Made by a program: the position numbers and the translations under genes
Part shown: piece after piece, positions 12,601 to 27,600 of the stretch
Numbering within the stretch: position 1 is the first letter of the stretch
How the letters are laid out: each line of letters begins with the position of its first letter
Assembly: GCA_035221665.1 (NCBI GenBank)
Contig: CM069134.1
Location: 94,178,001-94,242,000 of the forward strand
From: Okamejei kenojei
Taxonomy: Eukaryota
Reading direction: 5' to 3'
DNA: 64,000 nucleotides
The notes under the pieces: model-generated
Seen by the model: the letters and a program-made list of their open reading frames with translations, nothing else
Told to the model about the DNA's origin: nothing
The model's database searches: none

Positions 12601-15600
12601 CAAAAAAAGGTATCTGAAGTTGTTGAATTCAAGATGATGCAAGATGATGTTCTGTTCCTTGAGTTTACATTGCATTTCATTCAAACAGCACAGAAGGCCA
12701 TTGACATATAGATCAAAATGAGAGCGATGTGGAAAATTAGAGAGAGATAGCTGGTTGTCTTGCAGACTGAATGCAGGTGCTCTGATCAGCAGTCAGACAA
12801 TCTGCGTTTAAAGAAACGATTTTGCTACAATCGGAACTATGGATTTTAGCACATTAAAAAAAATATTCTGGATATAGTTTCCCAAACATTCTCACTCCTT
12901 TCATACCAATAACCATTTAAAAAATGTCCTAAATTCTTTATGATATAGTGGGGCATTTTGGCCATCAATGCAAGAAAAGACTGGATTTAATATCTTTCTC
13001 TTACATACATGACAATGGAAAAGGTGAAAATATCCATTATTAGACCACTTCGAAAAATGCTTGCACTTTATTTAAAATAGAGATGCGCCTTCATCTGTGT
13101 TGTTCAGTTAAAAACATCCAATTGCAAGCCTGTTTGAAAATTAAGGTTGAAATTTAAGATAATCTATTAAAAGACACAACATTAATGGATAAATAAATGT
13201 ATTATGAGGACTCATGATCTAGTGTAGCCATCGGGTGGAGTGTACTGGGGATTATTGGAACAGAATAGACATAAATTAAGACACAATTCTAAGAGACAAA
13301 CATTGTTTTATATTTATTACACGTTTTTATAATGTTATAATCAAACAGCAAAATGCAGAGATTCAGAAAGTTGCGTTGCTAAGAGTACAATAATTTTGTA
13401 CGGGCTAATACTGCGAGCTGAAGGTGGATAGTACAGCTCATTTCAAAAGGTTATTTATTGGTCACATACACCAATTGGTGTAGTGAAATGCTCCAACAGA
13501 AGTGTGCAGGTGTAATTACAGTACGACAAACTTATGCTTGCAATTTGTATTTTCAGTATCTATAGGAATGTAATATGAGAAAAAAATCAAAATGTGCAGC
13601 ATTTTTGTAGCATATGAACAAGTCATCTTGGTCAGGTAATGTAATAATTTATTCCAAGCAGTGAATGAAAAATCACATCAAATTACTACTTGCTGATTGG
13701 AGCTACCATACAAATTAACCGTATAATATCAGAGAGGTGGGATATAGATGGTCCCCAGATTATGACAGGGTTACGTTCCTGAGAATTGTCCATAAGTAAG
13801 AAATGAACAAAAATATTGCGAGGTAGAAGCTCACAGAAACAGCCTTGATGGGAGAGTGAGCAGGTATGGGGAAGAGCAACCATCAGCCAGCCTCACTGAC
13901 ACGGTGAGTCTGCTCAGAGCTCCCAGCTCTGCTTGGTGCAACCCAGCTCCCAATTATTGTAGCTGAGGTGGAGATAAAGAAAAGCCATGCGAAAAAGCCC
14001 CGCTCCCACTGGCAGACGATGCCTGCCTGTAACTTTGCAGGAGCCAGCAAATCAATTCCACCAGTCTTCCAAACACTCATATATTTGGGGTGTCCATAAG
14101 TCAACTGTTCATTTGCAGGGGAGGACATGTACACTATTTTATTGCAAGGCCACCACTGATTAAACCTAACCATTACATAATTAAAAATCAATATCTTTCT
14201 GCAAATTGCTGCTTTAAGAAAACTAGAATTTTATTTCAGGAATGTACTGTAAAGTCTTACCTTTTCTAGGTAAGCATCAAGGTTATCTTCTGCAATTGAA
14301 GGATCTGTGACAAATTCAAAGAGCTCTCGAACAGTCATCACAGCAACGTCGTGTTTACGGAAAAATTCTACCACAAAAATATAGCGTCAGTTTGTGATTT
14401 AAATCAAAATAATGGAAATAATGCAAACATTCTCTTAACCTTATGCAATTAGAAAGTCAAGCATGTAATTTTCAGAAATTTACAAACGTAGATGCATATG
14501 AAATTGCATGTGTTCATTCTGTGCAGCTCTGGCAATAAGTTGGAAACTCATCCATAACAGTAATAATATATTAAAAACTATCAGATAAGAAATTACCAAA
14601 CAGTAAAAATTTGAAGATAAGTGTTCACTGAATACGTATGAAATATATAAATCTTACTTTTTTTCCTAATTGCCCAAAAGTAAGACTGAAATGAATTAAA
14701 GAATATGCCAAATTATAGCCTAGAAGAACAAGTAAAAATACCAATAATGAAATAATAATGAGCAGCCATGCATACAAAGAGACCATCCTGGCTATGAACA
14801 AATAAAAACACTAATTTATTAAATAGTCCACTTAAATTGATTATTTTGAAAGAAACTATTCCACCCTAATGCCATTCCATACATAATCCTCAGAAAACGT
14901 AATTTTCCACATTAAACCACCGAATATGAGATTAAGAATGTACCAGAGACAATATGTTTAATTTTATAGATATTGTTAAAAACAAGATTAATAATTTAGC
15001 ATCCTGGACATGGCATTATGTATCAATTTTCGTATCGAGGTTCCGCAGGTTAGATCGCATGGGATTCATGGAGAGATAGCTGAATGGATAGCAAATTGGC
15101 TTCATGGAAGGAAGCAGAGAGTGATGGTGGAAGGTTGCTTCTCGGACTGGAGGCGTTTGACTAGTGGTGTGCCTCAGGGTTCGGTGCTGGGCCTGTTACT
15201 GTTTGTCATCGACATCAATGATTTGGATGAGAACATACAGGGCAAGATTAGCACGTTTGCTGATGATACAAAAGTGGATGGTTTTGCAGATAGTGCAGAT
15301 AGTTGTGAAAGACTGCAGAAGGATCTGGATCGATTGGCCAGATGGGCTGAGGAATGGTTGATGGAATTTAATATAGAGAAGTGTGAGGTATTGCATTTTG
15401 GGACGTCTAACAAGGGCAGGACCTACATAGTGAATGGTAGGCCTCTGGGGAGTGTTGTAGAGCAGAGGGATCTCGGAGTGCGGGTGCATGGTTCCTTGAA
15501 GGTCGAGTCGCAGGAAGATAAGGTGGTCAAAAAGGCTTTTGGCACATTGCCCTTCATCAGTCAGAATATTGAGTATAGAAGTTGGGAGGTAAAGTTGTAG

Positions 15601-18600
15601 TTGTATAAGACGTTGATGAGACCGCATGTAGAATATTGTGTTCAGTTCTGGGCACCATGTTATAGGAAAGATATTGTCAAGCATGAAAGGGTTCAGCAAA
15701 GATTTACGAGGATGTTGCCAGGACTAGAGGGTGTGAGCTTTAGGGAGCTTGAGTAAACTGGGTCTCTATTCCTTGGGGCGCATGAGGATGAGGGGTGATC
15801 TTATAGAGGTGTATAAAATCATGAAAGGAATAGATAGGGTAGATGCACAGTCTCTTGCCCAGAGTAGGGGAATCGAGGACCAGAGGAAATAAGTTCAAAG
15901 TGAAGGGTAAAAGATTTAATTGGAATCTGAGGGGTAACTTTTTCACACAAAAGGTGGTGGGCGTATGGAACAAGCTGCCAGAGGATGTAGTTGAGGCTGG
16001 GACTATCCCAATGTTTAAGAAACAGTTAGATAGGTACATGGATAGGACAGATTTTGTGGGATATGGACCAAGTGCAGGCAGGTGGGACTAGTGTAGCTGG
16101 GACATGTTGGCTAGTAAGGGCAAGTTGGGCCAAAGGGCCTGTTTCCACACTATCATCTATGATTCTATCTATGGGGCCAACCTGTCCATTCAATGAAGTC
16201 TCGAGGAGATTAACATAGCATCTTTCTGCATATTCAATACTTAAGATTAAATTTAACAGAGTTATTATATAACAATTAATCATAGTCTCCAACAAATCCA
16301 AAAAAAAATCTGAACAGGAACAAATATATTTATGGTTTTGACCCACCATTAATATTGAGACAGTCTTTTCGGAGAAACTCCAAAGCACATGGATGATCGT
16401 GTTCCACTGACTGGGATACATCAATTATATAAATTCCCCCATCGTGGTACCTACGTAATGACAAAAACAATATATACATAAATTACCTAGTTGCTCATTC
16501 GTGAATAGATAGGAAAGGTTTGAAAGGATATGGGCCAGATACAGGCAGGTAGAACTAGCTAGGTTGAGCTACTTGGTTGGCAAAGCCAAATTGGGCCAAA
16601 GGGCTCGTTTACATGTTGAATCGCTTAATGACTATGAATTCCATTAAGTAAAAAAGCCTGGGCAATAAAATTAAATTTTAAAAACATATTTTCAAATGAA
16701 AGTCAAAGGACAAACACAATTCAAAAATTAATTTCCCATTTTCAACAATATTAGGTAAATGTGCACTTTAATATAATCATTTCAAACAAATAACAAAATA
16801 TAGAAATAATTATAATTATTAATTGCTTGATAATGTGAAATCCATGGCCTACCAACTTTTAGGAATTGTGTACAGTTTAAGTTTCCTTATTGTAAATAGC
16901 TATAGAGGTTCTGGTGAAAGTAAACAAAAGATTTAACAATAATACTAGCAATGAATTACTGTAATTTCATGGAAAACTGAAGAGGTCGAATCATTTCAGT
17001 AAAGATAAAGGTTGAGGAAAGATCTGATGAAGGTTTTTAAGGAATATGAGAAATAACATAGGGTAGATGTTTTTCTTACATAACTGAGTGGGTTAAACTC
17101 GAAAACCAGGAGTCATAATTAAGATAGTAACCAACAAATACTCTTTTCTGAAAAAATGTTATCATCCATATAATGGTTAGAACTTTGTTGGATACAGTAT
17201 GCAAGGCAAACAGCAATGACACGGGAAAAGGAAAGCCTGGTTGAAAAAAGAAAAGAGTATGCAGTAAAAAAAAATAGATAAACATGGATGCAACTAAGGA
17301 AAGTTGCATCTATTATTAAGGAACTGGTAAAGGGGCAATAAGAAAATAACTGAATTGGGCAGAATCAACATGGTTTATGAAAGAGCATATTTGACAAACC
17401 TTTTGTAACATTTTGAACGTACTTAGCAGAATAGATAAACATGAACCAGTCAATGTGAATTTGAGCTTTCAAAATAATTTTTAGGAAGATACCAGTCTAG
17501 ATATTATTAAACAAAATTCGAGGGCATGGTATTGAGGATAACACGCTGGTATGAATTGGCAGAAAATAGTCAGAACAAATGGCTTATTTTTGAGTAGAGT
17601 TCAAAGGGTTTGTTGGATTTATTGCAAGAGGATTTGAATAGAAAAGTAGAGACAAGTGATTCAAATTACACAAATCCTGGTGGCTACACCTGGGGTGCAG
17701 TACAGGTTTGATCTCTCAACCCAAGGAAAATCATACTTCAGGGTTTACGAGATTGGTTCCAGGGATGATGGGTTTGTCATGTGATGACAGGTTTAGTAGG
17801 GCTCAAGTTTAGGAGAGTGAATTCATTGATTTCACCTCATCTTCCAGTGTTCTAGAGAAAACAATCCAAGTTTGCCCAACCTCTCCTTGTGGCTAATACC
17901 ACCTAATCCAGACAGCATTCTGATAAATCTTATCAGTCTGAAGGAGGGTTTTGAACCAAAATGTCACCAATTCCGTCTCTCCAGAGATACTGTCTGTCCC
18001 GCTGAGTTACTCCAGCATTTTGTGTCTACCTAGCATTCTGATAAACCTCTTCTGCACCCTCTTCAAAGTCTTCTTGTAATGAGCCAACAACTGCACAAAG
18101 TATTCCAAATGCAGCCTCATCAAACTCTTATAGAGCTGCATCATCAATGATCTGACCAATGGCCATCATACCATACAACTTCAAAACTTCATACGAACAA
18201 CAAAAGGTCTGATGAATAAATTCAATGTAAATCCTAAATACAGATAAGAGTCAGACAGAAAATATTAGAAAAATAACTCACAACAGATTAAATTCACTGA
18301 GATCAGCATGAACCAGCCTGGCGTCCTTGTACATTCTTCGCATATATTGAATTAGAAGAAAATAAAGTTCCCTGGACTTGGATTCAGACAAATGAGCATT
18401 CTTCAACAGTGGTGCTGGCCTAGAGAGTAAAAGATGATAAATAAGTACGACTTTTTGATAAAGATAAATTACAAGTTTTTTGTAAATCAGCATCTGCAGT
18501 TTCTTGTTTCTACGATAAATTAGTATTTGTTAATTCCTTTATATTGAAATAGATATAACAGATGTTTACAACACAAATGAAGCTGTGAAAATACAGAACT

Positions 18601-21600
18601 TCAGCAATTTATTTTTAAGATACAGGAATTTTAAAGTTTTTAAACAAGGCTGATTCCAATGAACCCACTTATACATTGGCAGCCTTGTGACCCCGATTTA
18701 ACTAAATAAAAGTACTCATCTAGACAAGCATTTTTCAAAATATCATAGTTTCTAACATTTTTTAAAGAAAGAATAAAGGACTAATTTTCCTCAAAGATAG
18801 ACACAAAATGCTTGAGTAACTCCGCGGGGCCGGCAGCATCTCTGGAGAGATGGAAGGGTGACGTTTCGGGTCGAGACCCTTCTTCAGTCTCAACCCAAAA
18901 CGTCACCCATTCCTTCTCTCCAGAGATGTTGCCTGTCCCGCTGAGTTACTCCAGCATTTTGTGTCTATCTTCGATTTAAACCAGCATCTGCAGTTCCTTC
19001 CTACACCTAATAATTTTCCTCATATGCAGTAAAAGTAATAAATTAATTATCAAATAATGGGTGAGCACTGGATGCAGCAAAGGCAATGGGACCAGACAAC
19101 ATCCCAATGTTAGTGTTGAAGATGTGCACTCCAAACCTAGGTGTGCCTTATGACAAACTATTCCATTATTATTGTGGAAAGGTGCACATGTATATTGCCT
19201 TCACAAAATATAGGACAATTTATTCTGGCTAATTACTACCCAATCATTCTCCCCTCATCATTGATGATCTAATGGAGATTGTCATCAACAGTGCTATCCA
19301 GTGGCACTTATTTACCAATAATCTATTCACTGATGCCTGGTTTGGGTTATGCCTAGACCATTCAGCTCCAAACCTCATCACAGCCTTGATCCAACATGGA
19401 CAAAAGAGCTGAATTCCAGAAGCTAGGTGTCTTCCAGAAGCAGGCCAGAGTGTCTGTCCTTGACAATGACAACATGGTAATATTTGACTAAGTGTACCAT
19501 CAAGATGCCTTAGCAAACGTAAAGCTAATAATTCCCAAACATTCAAGTGAGTGGAGTGATACCTCAAACAAAGGAAGACTGTTGTGCTTATTGGCATACA
19601 GTAATCTCAGCCTAGACATATCTCAAGAGGTTCCTCAGGACAGCTTAGTGATGGTTGCACAATGTTCGATTTTATTGGCAATTCCTCAGCAATTGAAGCA
19701 ATCTCTTGTTTGCATGCAGCAAAACTGTGACAAAATTCAGGCAATGGCTGACAAGGAGCACGCAAAATTCACGTCATAAATGTGCCAGGTGACAATATTC
19801 AACGAGAGAGAACTACCTGCCTCTGATATTCAATGGCACTACCGATAACAAATCTATCATCAACACATTGAGGGTCACCATCAATCAGAAACTCAAATGG
19901 CCAAGCCACAAGCACCATTACTACAAAGGTATACCAGAGGACAGATGCCTTTCTACCAAGCACAAACATGGAGCGCGATGAAATACACTGCACATCTGAT
20001 GAATGCAGTATCTACCTCTCACACAAAGGACAAAAGCAACAGTCCCGTAAGAAATGAAGAATTTTCCACATTGTCAGGTAGATGCCGGTATATAATTGCA
20101 CTGAAACAGCTTGGTCAGAGGCACAGCTAGTTCTTGAGCATAAATCTTTAGTGTTCCAGCTGGGATTTTGTTCGACCCGTATCATTTATGCTTTATTCAG
20201 TAATACTTATGCTTTATCCTTAGTACTCCTGACATACAAAAAATCATCACAATGACAGTTTGTCTAATGAATGCTGCAATGAGGCTCTTAAATATATGAT
20301 CTTTTTACAATAATTACAAAGAGTTTGAATTCTACAAGAGACTCACATGTCATCTTTACCAATAAAACCCATAACAAGCACATGACTCCTGAGCATAATT
20401 GGCTCTGGGCAGGGTATTTTTGCTGTCTGCAACCTATGTTAGAAATGAACAGCGTTAATTTTTACAGTTAAATACACAGTAATGCGCTGAATACAAACAT
20501 TCAGTAAGTTATATGGAATACTCTCTGCTGCTTAATTAACAGCCATTAAATGTTGCTGTTTTAAAGAGTTCATTAATAAAGTGGATATCCTGTATGTTCA
20601 TTTCCAGGTGTTAGCATTATTTAATTACTTGGCCAATAGAATATTTATTGTGCCAATAATATGCATAATCATACAGATTTACCATCAATTTTATTGATAC
20701 CCAACAGAATTTTGATGCATCATACAATTCGTTTTTAATAAAAGTTTAGACATGCATTAATTTTTTAGAGCAAACAACAGAAAATTATTGACTACGTCCA
20801 AATGAAACAACCCAAAACACATGATGAGATCCAAAACAATTATTCAACTCAAATCTTTATCTGTTTCTCTCCCCACAAATGTGGTCTGACCCTCTGAATA
20901 TTTCCATTATTTTCTGTTTATATTTCAGATGTCCAGCATCTGCAGATTTTTCTTTTGATTTTCAATTGAAACAATTAGTTGGTCTAATTGAACGCAGTAT
21001 CCAAAGAAGTCAAATCAGGAAATTCAGACACCTTTTAGTTTAGATGGGCATCTTGGTTGGCATTGATGAGTTGGACAGAAGAGCTGTTTCTGCCCTCTCT
21101 GACACTATGACACTTTAAGGTTTTTGAAAAGATTTATGTTTGTTTGATTCTAGCTATTTTAAGATGTTTATCAGATTCTTTCCAATATCAAGAATTCTGT
21201 ATCTGAGGTGTTAATCAAGCCGCTAAATTTCTGTAATTTAGGTTATAGTAAAATAACTTTTACGTAAGATGTACTTAGATTACAATTTTGCTTTCTGATG
21301 TCACTGAAGATTACAAAGGGGGATATGAAAAAAACTAATGGGCAAAATGATTCATGAAGATTAAATCTCATATCAAGAAAGAAAAACAATGGGGATAAAC
21401 TATCAGCAGGAATAACAAGTCAGGACAATTTTCTGATTATCATTTAGATTTCTGTATACTATTTAGAAAACTAGGGACCCTATTAAAGAGTGATATTTAC
21501 CACCCAATCAGATTTATCCTATGCAACCCATGAAATATGTTGACTACATATGACAATGTCTTAACGTGGATTTAAAAATGTAAAAACGAGAAATGCATTG

Positions 21601-24600
21601 TGCAACATGAAGAGTGAAGTGAAAAAAAGTTGTGTGCAATGTATTGCATTCCTTACACAATAGTGACCCTGTATGGGAGATGTCAATAGTCAGCAGTCCA
21701 ATGCTCAGAGGAAACAAAATGAATGGTGTAGAAAATTTCCAAAGTTGCCATTAATTGCAGATAGTTACAAACTATGCATCTACAATTGAGACAGTATATA
21801 AATATAGCAAGACTGCCTCAAGCTCCAATAAATTATTGTTTTCAGTACCTGATCAAATTTCTCATTTCCTTTTCTGCCCAAGTCCTCACCATTTTTCTTG
21901 GATTTCCCTTGCAGTAGCCATGGCGAAATCTAAAAAAAAAGATTTGCTCCTGTCAAATGTACTTAGTTTATAAAGTACAACTTTAAATGCACATATATTT
22001 ATATTCTATATTACTTAATGCCCTTTAACATTTTTCTTTAAATAACAATAGTCTGTTGTAGTTGCTACATCATGACAACTAGTATTTAATAGCAATATTA
22101 CAGAATCGTAGGAAATAAATATTACACAAGTACTGCCTGTAAAATCAGTACCTTGAATACTGAATATGCTTTTCATATACAGGTTATTGTAAGTAGCTTC
22201 AAGAAATGCTTCAGATTCTTGGATGGCATTGAAGTTATCCTGGCAGTGAGAGGATATTTGCCTCGATCACATGGCAATTACTACATTAATGCCAATGTAC
22301 AAACATTATTGAAAAATGTAATGATTATCTGCAATGTTTCCCAAATATGCTTTCACAGATAATTTCCATTACTTTATGCATATCCGCTGTCTTAATTCAC
22401 AGTCCATACGAAGTTGTGCAATGATCGTTGATTGTCCTATCTGGGACACATAACAATAAAACTCTCTTGACTCTTGATTCCTTCATTTTAGGAGTTATTT
22501 GCATGCATGTCAAACACGTAGATAAATACAAGTTACGGGTGGCTACAATATTAAATAGTAACAAGATGTAAAAAAGAAAAAATCGATATGAATGAGGGGG
22601 GGGTAGGCCACTCCTTGGATCATCCCCCTCGACGATTGAGGGACAGGGGCGTTGGTCTGCCACGGGGTTCCCAGACCACCATGGGTGTGTGCTCTCAGTG
22701 TGTGTGTGGTGTGCTCTCGCTGTAGGGATTAAAGGACTACTGTTTAAACCTGCCTAGCGCCTGGCCTTTTCCTGACCTTGTCTAGGCCGCTACACTCGTG
22801 ACCACGACGCAGACCGAATGGACGGCCTGGGTGACCTCCGGTCCTCTGCCCTCTTGGAGGACATGCTCACCCTAATGGAGGACCATGAACCCTGTTTGCT
22901 ATTTAAAAGTCGCCTACCTGCAGCAGCTCCCGCCAGACATCCGCCTGCAGCTCGCCAGGGATCCCTTTACTAACATGCAGGCGCTGGGTGAGCAGGCCGA
23001 CGAGCAGTGGATGTCTCGCCAGCAAAACCTGGAAGCGCTGACCGTCCTTCCCGCAGCGGTTGGAGGCTCAGAGCAGGTCGAGGCCGCTATAGACCGCATC
23101 TCCACTGCTCCCAGACGGCCCTCGCGGCAAAATCTGGCCGCCATTAGGCATTCCACTGCAGGTACACCCTTTCAGCACGGCCCACCTGCAGTTCTACCTA
23201 ACGCCAGCAAAGGTCGCTGGCATTTAAACCAGCCAAATTGGCTTGCAGTTCCACCAGACGCCAGCAGAGGGGGTTGGTGCTATAACCACCATCGCTGGGG
23301 AGCTGCAGCCAGGCAATGTCGCCCACCCTGTTCCAGGGAAACGAAGGGGCCGATCGTCAGTGATTCCTCCGGCGGCCGGCAAAATTCATCGCATCTTTGC
23401 CTTGGATTGCCGCACTGGAGGTCAATTCCTCGTGAACACTGGTGCGGAAGTGAGTGTCCTGCCTCCCTCCATCGCTGACATCCGTGCGGGCAAACGCGGC
23501 CCCCTCCTCACCACGGCGAACGGGATTGCTATTTGCACCTACGGGTATCGCAGCATCTCCCTCAACTTTGGCCGCAGCTCCTTTTCGTGGGAGTTTGTCA
23601 TTGCTGACGTTTCCCAGCTGCTGCTGGGCGCCGACTTCCTTTGAGCCCATTCACTGCTCATGGATGTCAAGCGGCGGCGCCTGATGCACTCCGTCACGCT
23701 GGAGCCGGTCTTCCTCCGCATTGGTGATCCCGTATCACGCCCTGATGGCCCCGTCGTCCGTTGATGCGACTTTTGCGCGCATCCTGGCGGATTTCCCTGA
23801 TATCCTTGAACCCCACTTCCACTCCTCCACCCCCAAGCATGGGGTGGAGCACCATATCCCTACTACCGGCCCACCTGTGCACGCCCGAGCGCGTCATCTC
23901 GTGCCAGACAAGCTTTGTCTGGCTCGGGAGGAGTTCCACCTGATGGAGGCGATGGGTATCCTGCGTCCCTCCGATAGCCCATGGGCATCACCGCTCCACA
24001 TGGTCCCCAAGGCGGACAGGGGCTGGCGCCCGTGTGGGGATTACCGTTGCCTGAACGATGCGACCGTCGCCGACAGGTACCCTGCACATCCAGGACTTCA
24101 ACGCCCATCTGGCCGGAGTATCGGTATTCTCCAAGGTAGACCTCGTGTGAGAGTACAATCAAATTCCGGTCCGCCCCGACAATATCCCGAAGGTGACCAT
24201 TATAACGCCATTTGGTCTATTCGAATTTGTACGGATGCCGTTTGGGTTGAAGAACGCTGCGCAGGCCTTTCAGCGGCTTATGGACTGTGTGTGCCGCGGC
24301 CTGGACTTCGTCTTCGTATACTTGGACGGCATACTCGTGGCCAGTTGTTCGCGGCAGGAGCACTGCATCTACCTCCGTCAGCTGTATCAGCGCCTCAGCA
24401 ACTTCGGGTTGTCTATCAACTCATCCAAGTGCCGTTTCGGGGTGACGGCTATTGACTTCCTCGGCCACCGCATAACTCCACAGGGGGCGGTGCCTCTGCC
24501 TGCCAGGGTGGACGCCGTTCGCAGGTTCCCCCGTCTGACCACAGTTAAGGGCCTACAGGAATTAGTAGGGATGGTCACCTTTTATAACCGTTTCCTGCCA

Positions 24601-27600
24601 GCAGCGGCTGCAGTCATTCGTCCGCCTTTCCACCTGATGGCTGGTCATCGCAGGGAGGTTGAGTGGTCTGTGGAAGCAACAGCGGCATTCGAGAGGGCCA
24701 AGGAGGCACTGGCTGAGGCCACGTTGCTCTTCCACCCACGAGAGGACGCCCCGACCGTGGACGCTTCTGAGGTAGCGGTTGGGGCAGTGTTGGAGTACCA
24801 CTGGACATAACATCCGACCGGGGGCCTCAGTTCACGTGGGAACTGTGGTCGGCCATGGCACGCCTCCTGGGCGTTCGCCTACATCACACGACGGCGTATC
24901 ATCCGCAGGCGAACGGCCTGGTGGAGCGGTTTCACCGTCAGCTCAAGGACTCCCTGAAGGCACGGCTCAATGATCCGGTCTAGGTGGACGTCCTGCCGTG
25001 GGTTTTGCTGGGGATCTGCACTGCACCGAAAGAGGACTTGGCCTCCTCCGCCGAGTTGGTGTATGGCTCTCTGTTGACGGTCCCCGGGGAGTTCATCCCG
25101 CCAGCACAGGGCCAGGTGGAGCAGCCTTCGGATGATCTGCGATGTCTTCGGGAGACGGTGGGCAAGTTGCTGCCGGTGCCCACATCTTGCCATGGGTCCT
25201 TCCGACCGCACGTTCCCTCTGCTCTGGAGGATTGCCAGTTCGTCTTCCTGCGCAGAGATGCGCATCGGACACCTCTCCAGCGGCCGTACAAGGGTCCCTT
25301 CCGGGTCCTGGAACATGGCTCGTCCACTTTCGTCCTGGACATGGGGGGTTGGCATGAAACTGTTTCAGTTGTGCGGCTGAATCCGGCGCATATTGATATT
25401 AATCAGTCGGTGCGGGTAGCACTGCCCAGTAAGAGAGGGCGCTCTCTGTCTAGGGTACCTTCCCCCTCTGGCTACTCCGTCTCCTGCACCTTTTGGTCAG
25501 TTGCCAGTTCCTGTGCCGAGCATGGTGTACACCCGGGCTGGTCGCCGTGTACGCCCTGCTGTCTGTTTCGTGCCTCGGGTACTTGGGGGGGTCGTGTGGC
25601 GGTCCCTGGGGGGTAGGCCACTCCTTGGATCATCCCCTTCGCCGATTGAGGGACAGGGGCGTTGGTCTGCCACGGGGTTTCCCTGGGTGTGTGCTCTCAG
25701 TGTGTGTGTGGTGTGCTCTCGCTGTAGGGATTAAAGGACTACTGTTTAAACCTGCCTAGCGTCTGGCCTTTTCCTGACCTCGTCTAGGCCGCTGCAGAGG
25801 TACAGAATGCATCCTTTATATTGTTTATAAATGAAATATAAAACAGGTCAATTTTTATTTTTTAAAAGCACATTTCATAAATCGTACCTGAATTCACCGC
25901 TAACATATTTATCACGATCTTTAAATATTAGGATTGAAGTTTTGTAGATTTTTATTGCTCTGCTTTCTCCACTGTTTGCAGTTGCATGATATACATTTGC
26001 CTGTGGGTTAAAAGGATGAAAATTAGATCAATTAGGGAGGCTTGAAGCAATCATGCACAAAACAAATAAGTTAAATGTAATTGAAAAAAATCAGATTAAA
26101 AAAAAAAAAATGCATGCAGAGAGATAATGATTTCCCATGTTAGCTTTTGTGAGCATTATGACGTGCTATCTTGTGTAAGGGAATCCAATTGTAAAAATAA
26201 TCTATTTAGCTGTCTAAATCTGCCACATTTTAAGAAGTGTACATTTGGTTAAAAAAGTTGAAACGAAGTTGAGACATTAACCACTTCTTTCTGCAAACGC
26301 TGAGCATTTTCTTAGCAATTCTTGCTAAGAATTTACTTAAGATTTTTAGCAATCACAATATATGAATCAGAAAGCTGATGACTTTACCAACAATTGTCAC
26401 ATTCTTTTGAAATCACCACCAGGTGAAGTCAGAGTAGAAATAGGAGTAAAAATAGGAAGATATTTCAGATGAATACGTGGCTTGAAGAATGGTGCAAGGG
26501 GGAGGGATTCCAATTTCTAGGGCACTGGAACCAGTTCTGGGCGAGGTGGGACCAGTACAAACAGGACGGTCTGCACCTGAGCTGGAATGGAACTAATGTC
26601 CTTGGGGGATGGGAGCACGAGCAGAGAGACAGAGGGGTGTAAAATGAAGGTAGAAGCAATAGGTAGGAAGGTGAAAAGTGGCAGGCAGACAAATCCAGGG
26701 CAAAAATCAAGGGACACTTTTCAACATAATTGTATAAGGGGTAAGAGTGTTGTAAAAACAAGCCTGAAGGCTTTGTGTCTCAATGCAAGGAGAATTCGTA
26801 ATAAGGTGGATGTGTTGAATGTGCAGATAGTTATTAATTAATATGATATAGTTGGGTTCACGAAGACATGGCTCCAGGGTGACCAAGGCTGAGAGCTGAA
26901 CATCCAGGGATATTCAATATACAGAAGGGATAGACAGAAAGGAAAAGGAGGTGGGGAAGCATTGCTGGTCAGAGAGGAGATTAACACCATAGAAAGGAAG
27001 GACATTAGCTTGGAGGATGTGGAATCGATATGGGTAGAGCTGCGAAACACTAAGAGGCAGAAAACGCTAGTGGGAGTTGTGTACAGGCCACCTAACAGTA
27101 GTAGCGGAATTGGGGATGGTATCAGGAAATTAGAAATGCGTGCAACAAAGGTAAAACAGTTATAATGGGTGACTTCAATCTACAATGGGTGACTTCAATC
27201 TACATATAGATTGGGTGAATCAAATTGGCAGGGGTGCTGAGGAAGAGGATTTCTTGGAATGTATGCGGGATAGTTTTCTAAACCAACATGTAGAGTAACC
27301 AACGAGAGAGAGAGAACAGGCTATTCTCGACTGGGTATTGAGTAATGAGATAGGGTTAGGTAGCAGTTTATCGTGCGTGCCCCTTGGGCAAGAGTGACCA
27401 TAATATGGTTGAGTTCTTCATTAGGATGGAGTGACAAAGTTAATTCAGAAACAAGGGTTCTGAACTTAAAGAAAGGTAACTTTGAGGGTATGAGACGTGA
27501 ATTGGCCAAGATAGACTGGCAATTGATTCTTAAAGGGTTGACGGTGGATATGCAATGGAAGGCATTTAAAGACCGCATGGATGAACTACAACAATTGTTC

